Part shown: positions 13,239 to 23,748 of the stretch, in pieces
Position numbering within the stretch: position 1 is the first letter of the stretch
How the letters are laid out: every line of letters begins with the position of its first letter
Assembly (NCBI GenBank): GCA_965240325.2
Contig: OZ251226.1
Span: forward strand, 620,001-684,000
Origin: Rebecca billardiae RCC1528
Taxonomy: Eukaryota > Protista > Haptophyta
Reading direction: 5' to 3'
Length of the DNA: 64,000 nt
Made by a program: the position numbers and the translations under genes
Notes under the pieces: model-generated
Database searches by the model: none
What the model saw: the letters and a program-made list of their open reading frames with translations, nothing else
What the model was told of the DNA's origin: nothing

Positions 13239-16200
13239 GCTCCTGGCGGGCGACGCCGGCCGGGGCCTGTGCCCAGACCGTACGGCCGACTCGCTCCTCC
13301 ATACCCGCGCGTAGGAATTCATCGCCATCTGCTTGTCACACTCTCACCCGGCATGCTCGCCTGCGCAACACGGCGCCAGCGCGTTGAGCCTGCGCCAACC
13401 GGTGGCCCGGCGGTCTCGCGGCTGCTCGGCACGGGCGCCCCGTTTGCGGCGCGTGCTGCTCCCGCATCTCGATGCACTATGACGTCTCGCTGCCGCTCAC
13501 CGCCTCTCCTTCCGCCCCTGGCATCGAAGCGAATCGGCACTGTGACCGTCTTTGAGATCCGCACGATTCCGGCGGTCCGTCAGTCGTCAGAGTCCGTCAA
13601 GACCGTCGCCGGCGTCAACGTCGGACAGTGAACGGTGTCACTGCCCCGGGCCGGTGTGGCTTCGTTCCGTCACTGAAAGGACGACGACGTGACACTCGAT
13701 ATGCCAGTCGCGAGTCACGCCAGACACGCAGTCAGACTACTCAGAGACTCAGTCGGCCACCGGGTCGTCGCCGGAATTAGAATACAGTACGACTATTAAC
13801 TAAGTTATTTATAACAATACGCTACTATAGTATTACTATACGGTCAGTCACGGGCTCGCGATTAATCCGAATATAATCCGCGTGATGACCGCAGACCGTC
13901 CGCCCGTCGGTCCGTCGAGAGACGAGAGGTCCCGTCTCTCAGACTAGGTGGGTCCCTGGCGATTTTCCAGCGGTCTTTTAAACATTTACCGGGTTCTCTG
14001 GCCGGATTTCTTTCGCGCGGGGCGCGGCTCGGGAAAATCGCCGGGCCGCCGGCCGAGGTCCGATCTGAACGCTCCCGACGATGTCGGAGTGCCTCTCCAG
14101 CGCGACCGAGCCGCCGTGTGTCGGGTAGACTACTGCCAACACCTATCGCGCGCTCCAGCGCTTTGCGCGTGCTCACGGATGGGATCCGTGGTCACACATC
14201 CCCCGCCTGGCACGTGCCCGCATGTTTGACTCTCGCCCGGCTAGACGCGTACAGACAACTTGAATCGATCGGCAGGTGTTCGACCCGTGCCTTCGAGCAG
14301 GGTCACTTTTCGCTACAGGCGGGTCAGGCGACGGGAGGCATGGGTCACCATCAGGCATGTGCATACTCTTGACGCTCCCGCCATCTTGAGCAGCTCTACG
14401 CACCGTGAAGGTGACAATTGGGCTGCGCGCAAGCTGCTCGTGAGAACGCACGACAGCCAGCCCCGGGCTCTCGGGGAGCCATGTGAGCGATTGGCGACTT
14501 CCGAGAGGGCGTGTTTGGTGGGGCTTGGTACCAATCATCGACCAGCAGGCCTGGGATGGGTGCACTGAGGACTTGGGATGCTGAGAAGCCGCCGCGATGT
14601 GCATCGAGCACGCTGACTTGCCATCCGTGTGCACGATCAAGCGCCAGGAAGATCAGCAGGGCCTTTGACAGCGGCAGCAGGCGCTCAGCGATCCTTCCCT
14701 ATGCCGAGTGTGGGCATAATATGCGGTGCTCGAGCGTGGTCGCAGGATATGGGTCCATTCTTGACAGAACGCGGTCGCGTTGACAGGCGCGGGTGCCACC
14801 CCACGCTGTTGCTCCTGCCATCGGGTGGTCCCACTCGTTCCGCTTGTTATCTGCGAAGACTCGTACTCAGCAAATCTACGGCTAGGCGTGGTAGACCCCT
14901 CAGACGCATGTCTGATGATTGCCCGGCACGTTCTCGTCGTCACGTTGGGTGTACTTGAGCGAGCGGAAGCCGCAACGTGATGGCTAGGCCAGCAGCTCAA
15001 CCATCTGACGTCTCGCCGGCCAACTGGCTGAGTGCTCTCAGCCTAGCAGCAGCGTCGGTGAACCTATCGTATTGCTGCCTGGCAAGAAGATTGTAGGAGG
15101 TATCGTCGACGGCATGGGCTGCAGCTGCGGTAGTCGTGGACTGGTGGCGGCCTCACGCGGGTGGGCATACGACGACCGGTGACACGCGGAGTACGAGCAC
15201 GGAAGCCGCCGAGCGCGGCAAGCTCCGGCGGTGGCGTTGGCTGATAGTCCAGCCTCGACGGCGGAGGGCTCCCGTGTGACGACGGTGGCATGCTCGGTGG
15301 CGGGCGATGATGCGTGCCTCGGCACGCAGCCCGCCACAAACACTGCCACTCGCAGGCAGTCCGGTTGCGGCCCGGTTTGCCTGTGTCCGCGTCGCTCGGC
15401 GCCTATTCGATGACCCAACAAACGTACCCACATATCGGAACGAATTTGAATATATAGTGAGCCACATCCACGGTCAATATAAAGTGGGTAACCGTCGTTC
15501 TATATACGGGTAATTGTCTATATACAAAGTGGGTAATCTGCTCGATCTTGCTGTAGTTTGTTGGAGGTATCCGCGCACAGCATAGAGCCCCACTCTTTGC
15601 TTCATAAAATGGTTCGGTCGGGTGTCAACGGTTGCCAATAAGTCATTCCGATCGCATGTCGCCATCTAGCCACCATAACCATCAAGTAACGCTTCGCAAA
15701 ATCTCTATGTGACACTAGTGGCGCGGCGCGCGCGCGCTCGGCCGCGCGACGGCACGCGGAGTAGGTTTTGAGGTCGAAACTTTTGCTCCGCCCCGATGGG
15801 ACGCATTTATAGCGTCGATTCTGGGTGAGAGACGAAATCTAGGACGCCATTCTGAGTGCGCCAGAACATCGCCCCAGTTGGGAGGGACCCACCTACTCAG
15901 ACTCAGACTCACGTCAGTCGTCGACTGTCGTCACTCGTCAGTGTCAGCCACGTGTCACGCGATGACGTCTGACGAGTGACACAGAGTCTAGTGACAGAGT
16001 GACGACACGGACGTGAGACGAGACACGATGGCAACAATATATGCGCATGCATGCACTGATGTGACGATGTCGATATGGTCATCACTGACACTGACTGATC
16101 AGACTCAGTCATGAGCCATCAATCAACGGTGATCGGCGCATTCGGCGCCTGCCTTATGGCAGTGACTCCTCAGTTATAATAATAATATATTATTATTGTA

Positions 16201-16460
16201 ATATCAAATATCCGACTCTCGGCTCGGTGACTGCTGCCCGCCTGTCAAAGTCACTGACTCACTGAGTGCCGATCGACTGCGCGCGGTCGTCGCGGTCCTG
16301 GGCCTGGCTCCCGTACTAGTCCTACGATTCCTAGCTAGCAGGTAGCTACCAGGATCGCGGACCACTGTGATTCGGCATCATGATGAACCGCGATCCGGCG
16401 TGATCACTGTACTGTACTGCACGTTAAAACATAGTAAACTGAAACTCACAGATCAGGTCT

Positions 16461-17609
16461 TCAGATCGCGGGCTTGGCAGTTGCCACCAGCAAAGCTGCG
16501 CGCTGCACGCTCAAGCTCGGCCGCACCAGCTTCTCTGCCTGCGCAACCTGCGCGGTGGGAGGATCAATGCCATCATCCTCGCTGTCCGGCGCGCGTGCCT
16601 CCGGCGATGCCTGCGCTCGGGGCTCAAAGATCGTGCGCCCGCCATCAGGCAACCACGCGAGCAGCGCGCGCAGCACGGCGGCCGCGCCGACGTCATTCCC
16701 GCCGGCGTGACAGGCGCGGAGCTCGTCCGGAACGAGGGAGGTGTTCTCCGCCACCGACACGAACGGAATCTCGCCCGTCTTGTGCCAGCGCGTGAGGCCC
16801 TCGTCGTTGCCGCACGGCCGGTCTCCGAGCGCGATGGCGCGGCCAGGCGAGATCTCGCCGGTCTGGAGCAAGTAGCGGATCACGGCGTGCTTGCCGACGC
16901 CGGGGGGGACGCAGTCAAAGCACAGCCGCCCCGTCGGCCGCCCGTCGACAAGCGCGGCGAGCGTCGGCTCCATGGAGAAGTAGCGGCTGCTGAGTGACGA
17001 CGGAATCCCAACAAAGACGACCGCCGAGCCAGCTGCGCGCACCTCGATTCTTGGAAACACGTTGCCGTCGGCAGAGACCGGTACGTCAAGCTCGCCGGAG
17101 AGACGCGCGAGCACCGCGCGCACGGCGTGCACGACATGCTCGTCCGCAGCAGCTTGCTCGAGCAGCCCGGAATCCGCGCGGACGTCCTCGAAGAAACGTC
17201 TCATCCCGGCCTTGCCCAACTCGACCAGAGCGGCGACCTGCTCCGTCGAGAACATGGGCCGCCCACCTTCGCCGAAGGTACGGCGGGCGAACTCCCTGTC
17301 CTCCACAGGAGAGCCGTCTGCATCACCTCGGAACAGCACGGTCCCGCTCTCGACGGCGAAGAGAACTTGGCCTGATGCGCGCGCACTCAGCGGTAGTTCG
17401 TGGAAGAAGCGCTCGCAATGCGTCTCGAAACGCGAGCCGGTGACGCCGACCACCGTGGCGCCCGCGTCCAGTAGCGCGAGAAGGGGCGCATGAGCTGGAC
17501 CAGCGCTCAGCGGTGGATGCTCCGCCCCAGTCTTCGACCCTGCTGTGCCGTGGGGAGCGGGCAGGAGCGTGCCGTCGAGGTCGCTCACGACCGTGAAAGC
17601 ACCCGCCAT
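16461..17609 (-). CDS. HAD-superfamily subclass IIB hydrolase (PMM/Cof-like)
   Basis: Motif I DLDGTL, motif II VTG, motif III GVGK, motif IV GDRPCGND. Confidence 0.85.
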   Translation of the reverse strand: MAGAFTVVSDLDGTLLPAPHGTAGSKTGAEHPPLSAGPAHAPLLALLDAGATVVGVTGSRFETHCERFFHELPLSARASGQVLFAVESGTVLFRGDADGSPVEDREFARRTFGEGGRPMFSTEQVAALVELGKAGMRRFFEDVRADSGLLEQAAADEHVVHAVRAVLARLSGELDVPVSADGNVFPRIEVRAAGSAVVFVGIPSSLSSRYFSMEPTLAALVDGRPTGRLCFDCVPPGVGKHAVIRYLLQTGEISPGRAIALGDRPCGNDEGLTRWHKTGEIPFVSVAENTSLVPDELRACHAGGNDVGAAAVLRALLAWLPDGGRTIFEPRAQASPEARAPDSEDDGIDPPTAQVAQAEKLVRPSLSVQRAALLVATAKPAI

Positions 17610-17695
17610 GAGACTGATTCAGTGATGATTCCCCGGCCCACGCACCCAGCTTTTGAACAGTTTACGACTAACCGGAACGGAAGAGACTGCACATG

Positions 17696-18016
17696 TACAG
17701 CAGCTCAGGCAGGCGAGATTGACGCCCGCCAACTGTCAGTGTTCATCACCAAGGGGAGTCAGGGTACAGCACGTCCAGTTGGGCTGCAGCTTGGCTGTAC
17801 CCTGACTCCCCTTGGTGTCACCGCCCATGAAGCCGTCGCCGATGGTAGCGCCGTCGGAAGATGCATATTGCATTCAGCCGTCCGCCTGCGAGGCCTGAAT
17901 GAGGGCTCGGCTGCCGCCTCGCGGCGCGCCAGCGCCCGTCGTCCTCGCCCCACCGCCGTCCACAAAACGATTAAACGTCGTCGTCAGTCATTCTCGTCCG
18001 AACCGTCTCCGACTGG
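17696..18016. repeat. Repeat family A copy interrupted by a 71-bp hairpin insertion
   Basis: Aligns with about 267-470 apart from the insertion and small indels. Confidence 0.8.
17747..17817. mobile_element. 71-bp hairpin / MITE-like insertion with perfect 24-bp arms
   Basis: CACCAAGGGGAGTCAGGGTACAGC at 17747-17770 and its reverse complement at 17794-17817. It is absent from the homologous copy near 300. Confidence 0.7.
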
Positions 18017-18462
18017 TACTACTAGTAGAGTACGACTACCGGAAAAGGCGATATGAATAATCATTATAAACTTATAAACGGCTCCAGGCAGCCGGACCCT
18101 GCCACCCTGGGCGGGCCTGGCCGATACACACACGGGGGCACGGCGGCCCCCTAGTACCGCTCTGCGCATGCCCGGCATGGGGAACCCACAGTGGCTCTGG
18201 CTGAGCGCGTGGTTTCACCACGCGCAGAGCGAGCCGCGAAGAATCACAGTGTGCCGTAGCTATACATATATATATTCTGAGTCACAGTATATTCTGAACC
18301 GTAGTAGTGTATCGGCCCGAGCGTGCCAGCCCGCCATCATCGGAAGGCCGGCTACTGGCCAGAGTAACAGAGTTAGCCAGTACCCGTGTTACTGGCCCCT
18401 GAGTACCCGCAGCCTAGGGGCAGGGCGGCTGAGGCGGCTGTCATAGGCAGTAGGCACTTGAT

Positions 18463-18977
18463 AATCCATTTGAGGTCCGCCGTCCTGTGCAGTTCTCACG
18501 AGTGACTTCATGAAGGAGCTCACAGTGCCTGTCTCTGGCAGGGGTCAACCGAAGCCAGAGCCGGCCGGCGGACTGACTGATGACGTTCCGACCCCGGGAC
18601 AAGGGCCCCGGGATCGCTGTCGGGATCGCGGACACGGGCGACGGGTCGCCCGGATCCGAGCTGATCAGCCAGTTGGACATTTGGCAGCTAGTTGTCAGAC
18701 GTCGACGTCCGATTAATGACCCGGGTGCGGTCTAGCTCAGGTCCGCTGCTGTGATTAGAGTCTCGCGCTGCTGTGAAGTGTTCGAGTGAGTGAGTCTCGA
18801 AGTCGCAGGCAGGCGATGCCACGGTCGCGGACTCAGAACCGTATACTTCAACTAGTTCAACTGGCGAACTGCCGCCAGCAGGGCGGAGCCAGTGACGCGA
18901 TACTAGCTGACTGGCGGCAACCGCGGGCCCCCAACTGCGTTGATTCTATGCAGAAAAGGACCGCGGAACGCGGTCAT
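18463..18977 (+). mobile_element. 3' portion of a Helitron2/Helentron-like element
   Basis: Shares sequence with 33127-33282 and 59076-59404; ends CCGCGGGCC...GACCGCG-GAA-CGCGGTC-AT. Confidence 0.65.
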
Positions 18978-18989
18978 TGTAAATACCCT

Positions 18990-20456
18990 TTATTTGCCTT
19001 TGATTGAGGCGGATGGCCCTGTGCCACTGCCGTCCGGCGCCTCGGCTGCCTCCGGGTACGCCTCGTACACGGCCCGGATGGCAGCAGCGGCGGCCCTCCA
19101 TCGCCGTACATCCACCTGATCTGCGAGGCTGCTCGCGGACGGCTCGCAGTTCGCGCGGATGAGGTCCTCGAGCGTCGTCTCTTCGCCAAAGCCGGCGCAC
19201 GTTTGCATTAGCGCAGGCCAGTTGCGAGGGAGCCAACAGGGCACGTGCGCCAAGGGGCTCCCGCCCCCCTCCAGGCCTCGCCAGTGCGCGCGAAAGAGGC
19301 GCGCGTGGAACGGGCTGCCGTAGATGGTGCACGGTGGATCCATGTGCATGCACGGCAAGAACGTGAGCTCCTGCAGGACAGGGCCGCGCGCAGAGTCGTA
19401 CCAGTCCACGCGCACCATCGCGCGGAGCACGCTTGTTATGATGGCGCTGAGCCTGAGCATGGCGGCCCCGTGCGCGGGGAGGTACTCGTAGGGCGCCCGG
19501 ACCACGGGCGTGCCGCCGGCGCGTCCATCCACCCACAGCGGGTGGTAGCAATCGCGCCCGCGCAGCACCGCAAAGCACTCGCCCGAGCGCACGGACGGCA
19601 CCCCACCGGTGCAGCCTCGCACGTGCTCGCACGCAAAGCACCATGCGTACAGGTCCCAGTTCTGATGCTTGCCCATGGGCGCGAGGTGCGTCATGTGGCC
19701 CACCGCTCGCTCGCCAAAAGCGAATACCTTCACGTCGGGCGCGACGATGGCTCCTTGCAGCGACTCGTTTGCGGCGCGTTCGACGCCCTCGACCGCGTAC
19801 GTGTACGGGTACGGCATGGGCAGCCCGAAGTGCCAGAACTTCTTCGGGCGGTGCGCCGTGCCGTGCCGGTCGGTCACGTCGGCCACGATCTCGGCCAGCG
19901 TCATCGGCCTGGCGCGCAGCTGCTCCACGCCGCCGCGAATCACGTACGTCTGCTGGCTGCCGTGCCCCTGGTGGCGCTTGATCACAAACTCATCACGCGG
20001 CGCGTGGATGGACGCGTTGTGCACGTCGAGGAGCTCCGTGACGTTTGTGGTGCAGAAGTGCTGCCGCGGTAGGCGCAGGCCCAGCACGCGCGCGAAGTGC
20101 TGGAAGGGCAGCTTGTGCATGAGCACTGCGAGGAAGAGCGACGCCTGCCGCGCTCTCATGACCGGACGCGGCTTGCGAACTTTGAGTTGGCTCGGCTGGA
20201 GCTGCATCGCATACGCCTTCTTGAAGCGCGCCTCGCGCCCGCGCATGAGCACCTCCAGCGTGGGGTCGCCCTCGCACGGGTCTCTTCCGCTCGGCGGGCA
20301 GCCCAGCACGCTCGGCCTCGAGCCGGGCTCGGGCGTCGGCAGGACGGCCGTCGGCTGCACGCAGTACGGCACGTCCATCCTCGTCTCGGTGTCCTTCGCG
20401 CGCGCGCCGATCGCCACGGCCGCCACCCAGCCGAGCACACTCCGGCTCATCATCAT
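18990..20456 (-). CDS. TupA-like ATP-grasp domain protein with a putative signal peptide (alternative start 20489)
   Basis: FVIKRHQGHGS, DVKVFAF and VRVDWY...LQELTFLP match the ATPgrasp_TupA pattern; hydrophobic N-terminus. Confidence 0.7.
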   Translation of the reverse strand: MMMSRSVLGWVAAVAIGARAKDTETRMDVPYCVQPTAVLPTPEPGSRPSVLGCPPSGRDPCEGDPTLEVLMRGREARFKKAYAMQLQPSQLKVRKPRPVMRARQASLFLAVLMHKLPFQHFARVLGLRLPRQHFCTTNVTELLDVHNASIHAPRDEFVIKRHQGHGSQQTYVIRGGVEQLRARPMTLAEIVADVTDRHGTAHRPKKFWHFGLPMPYPYTYAVEGVERAANESLQGAIVAPDVKVFAFGERAVGHMTHLAPMGKHQNWDLYAWCFACEHVRGCTGGVPSVRSGECFAVLRGRDCYHPLWVDGRAGGTPVVRAPYEYLPAHGAAMLRLSAIITSVLRAMVRVDWYDSARGPVLQELTFLPCMHMDPPCTIYGSPFHARLFRAHWRGLEGGGSPLAHVPCWLPRNWPALMQTCAGFGEETTLEDLIRANCEPSASSLADQVDVRRWRAAAAAIRAVYEAYPEAAEAPDGSGTGPSASIKGK

Positions 20457-22099
20457 CCGCGTGACCGCGTCGCTCACTTCAGACACCATTGACACTGGCC
20501 CATAGGCTTCTGAGACAAACGCGTGAAGCGAATTGGGCCGGGGGACACGGCACCCAGGGTCGGAGAAAATCGGCGCGCTTTTTATTTCCGCCTTGCATTT
20601 ATTCAGCCGCGCGCTGCGCGGCGGACGCGCGCGTCTCGGGCGAGCGGGCGACGGCGCCGCGCTCCCGTGCGTGTGGACGATCCCGCGAGCACAGAGCCGG
20701 CGAGCTAGGCTGGGCAGTCGTGCTGAAGTGCCATTCGCCGCTTCGCGCCGCGCATCGCATTCGGCTGTACTTGCCTCGGGCCAGCACTTGTCTGTGCACA
20801 CCGCCACACGGCCAGCCTCGCCCACGTGCGCCATGCGAGGCGAGACACACACGGAGCATGCGCTTCCGCGCGGCGAGGCCTACGCTGTACGCACTGCGCT
20901 ACCTTGCGCCGCCGCGCATGCGCGCGGGTCCGAACAGCTGCGTTCAGGTGTGCTGATTGCATCATTCATGCGAGCCGATTGGTCGAACAAGCGCTCTGGC
21001 CCGACGATGACGTTGCAGCGCACGCCATGCTGATATGCGGTGACGCGGAGCATGTGCGCTCGCGCGGAGTGGCCACACACGTGACCGCGGTCCAGCTCTG
21101 CCCCGGCATTGAACTCCCTGACTCGTGCTCCGACGTCAATCTTGGCCCGAGCTAGTACGTGCATGCATGCGTGCTGATGCAGAATATACCTGAACGAGGC
21201 CCATGATGGCCTGCGTGTATGTGCCTCCTCGGATGACATGGCGCGTGTATGAATGTGTGTATACTACCTTGTCAAGCAGTAGCTCACGTCTGGACGTTCG
21301 TGTCGAACTTGACGGTGCGCATCGTGCACACACGGTCAGCCTTGATAGACGCACCCGTGCAGCCGGAAGGCAGCATCAGCCTGCCTAAGACGTGAGCATC
21401 CAGCCCCGACGCCGCTTCCGGTGCCTGAATGGCGCGCGCTCCTTTCACGCGGGAATGTGCTCACTACATCACTATCCAGAAGGGCGCATGTCCGTGCTTT
21501 GCATGCTCACATGACCCTCGCCGTAGGTCGATGCCAACCGCTGCGTGATGCTCGATCATGCCTTTTGACGGCTGTGTGACCCGTGCAGATGCGTATGCCA
21601 GGCAGCGTACTGTGACGAGCGATGACGCGTGCATAAACTACCTGGACATTGCCCAGTGCAACCAAGTGCCGGACGCCGACGCCGCTGCTCGCGGCACGCG
21701 TGCAGTCAGCCGAGGAATGCACACAACTTCCTTGTTGGTGCGGCGCACGCGATGGCCTGAGGCGCGGCGGATGCAGTGATTCCGAACGGCGAGCGGTGGA
21801 ACGACGCAAATGGCTGCTCTTCAGCCGCGCTCAACCACGCGCACCGCCTTCGCGGGCACGCAACTACCGCAGGAGGGCGCGCAGTCGGCGCCCATCTCGC
21901 CCCTCCAGCGCCGCCCAGCGCGCTGTCAGCGCAAGCCGCCAGCGGCAGAGGTTGGTGGTGCTCTGACGGCATCACCAACATATTCGGAAAAGAAAATCCC
22001 CACCCGAAATTCCTGCGCCCGCGCTCAAGCCATTCGATCGCGGTTCAGGCTATGCTCTGCCACCAGCGCCGACTTCGTGTCGACGATCGGGCACTTTTA

Positions 22100-22174
22100 T
22101 AAATTCCCCTTTATAACGGGCTCCGGGTGATCAGACTGGCGGCCGAAGCCTCCAGCCCTACCCTGGCCAGCCCC
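22100..22174. repeat. Dispersed repeat family D (inverted copy at 59433-59546)
   Basis: AAATTCCCCTTTAT..CCGGGTGATCAGACTGGCGGCC..CTCCAGCCCTACCCTG is shared by both copies. Confidence 0.65.
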
Positions 22175-22572
22175 CAACCAACCACCACCCTCACCCAACC
22201 TCAAACCACTGACCGAGACACCTAGCGTGCCTTGACACCACTCCACTGCGGACAGCCCGCCTCCAGAGGGGGCGGGGGTATGCCATTGCCAGCAGCATAC
22301 AGGCCCAACACCGTGGGGTGGTCCCAGGCCGACGACGAATCAGGAGACCTGCGCCGTCCTACCTGTGTCGTTAAATCATAGAATGAGTGGGAGTGCCCGC
22401 GCACGCGCAACGCGTATTCAAAGAGCTCCCGGAAGGCATCGACTCCTAAAAGGGACGGTGCCTTTCGCCGCGCGGGGGGTTTTGGGGGGCTTGGTTTGCA
22501 AGCCGGGAGGCGCAATCGCTCCGGACTGGTTCGGGGGTTAACGCCCCAAGCCTCAGGGGTTTGAGTCACAAG

Positions 22573-23452
22573 CCACAGGGGGGGTTCCGAATTGGTCCCC
22601 CGACCTCGAGCTCGATGGCTGCCGCACGTGCGTGCCCAGCGTGCCTCGCGCGTGTACGTGCACGGTAGGGCGTCCCGACAGCGGCGGGGTGGCGTAGATG
22701 GTCGCATGGGAGGTGCATCCGTGTGTCGGAGACGTCTCGGCGCCTCGGTGGCGTGCCCACACCTCTCCTTGTCGCCGCTTGCCTGCTGCGTGCTCGGCCA
22801 GCCGTTTGGAGTGCACGCCTGCACGTGCACGGCCAGTGTCGGGCGGATCGAGCCGTAGCGAGTGTGCTTGCGGGTACTCCCACCCGATGCGGCTCTCTGC
22901 CGCCGTCGTAGTAGCTCTCGTGCATCAATCCCAAGCCGTGCACTCCAACCCACGACGTGTTCAGTGTTGTCATGGTGGTACACCACATGCTGTCCAGTTT
23001 TATTTTCAAATACAGTAGCGCATTTCTGATGCGACTGCTGGGCAATGTTCGCGAGCGTGTTGGGCGCATGCCCGACTAGATTCGGCAGGTTCCAGGACAC
23101 GCGCGAGGGCTTGCGACGGCGGCAGAGAGCCGCATCGGGTGGGAGTACCCGCAAGCACACTCGCTACGGCTCGATCCGCCCGACACTGGCCGTGCACGTG
23201 CAGGCGTGCACTCCAAACGGCTGGCCGAGCACGCAGCAGGCAAGCGGCGACAAGGAGAGGTGTGGGCACGCCACCGAGGCGCCGAGACGTCTCCGACACA
23301 CGGATGCACCTCCCATGCGACCATCTACGCCACCCCGCCGCTGTCGGGACGCCCTACCGTGCACGTACACGCGCGAGGCACGCTGGGCACGCACGTGCGG
23401 CAGCCATCGAGCTCGAGGTCGGGGGACCAATTCGAACCCCCCCCCCCTGTGG
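22573..23452. repeat. Long inverted repeat with 321-bp core arms (22588-22908 and 23114-23434) and a 205-bp spacer
   Basis: The arms are reverse complements and give identical mirrored ORF translations. A 24-bp direct repeat (22362-22385 and 23575-23598) brackets the structure. Confidence 0.95.
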
Positions 23453-23642
23453 TGAGTGTGGGCCAGTGTCAATACGTACCTTACTACCTTTACTATGATT
23501 TAACGTGCACACTTGTTCATTAATCAATGTTTACCAATTAATGTATTAACGTGCGTAATAATAAGGCTCACGGTCCTGTGTCGTTAAATCATAGAATGGG
23601 TCCAGCTGGTGAGCAGGTTGCCGCATCATCGATTACCGATAT

Positions 23643-23740
23643 CTCGCCTGACTGAGCTGTACATGTGCGTCTCTTATTCTTAGTATTAATAAACTGTACA
23701 GCGCAAGGGCGAGATACATTGCGCAAGGGCGAGATTGACG
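23643..23740. repeat. Repeat family A terminal fragments, back to back
   Basis: GTGCGTCTCTTATTCTTAGT...AAACTGTA is followed by GGCGAGATTGACG in the opposite orientation. Confidence 0.6.
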
Positions 23741-23748
23741 AATCGTGC

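Noticed and set aside
13300-16360. Possible gene or transposase in this 3-kb spacer, including AAAGTGGGTAA repeats at about 15481-15536
   Set aside because: Only short ORFs without coding bias or motifs; no paired termini found.
20860-22000. Possible multi-exon gene on the minus strand
   Set aside because: Splice-like sites exist, but I could not assemble a convincing reading frame.
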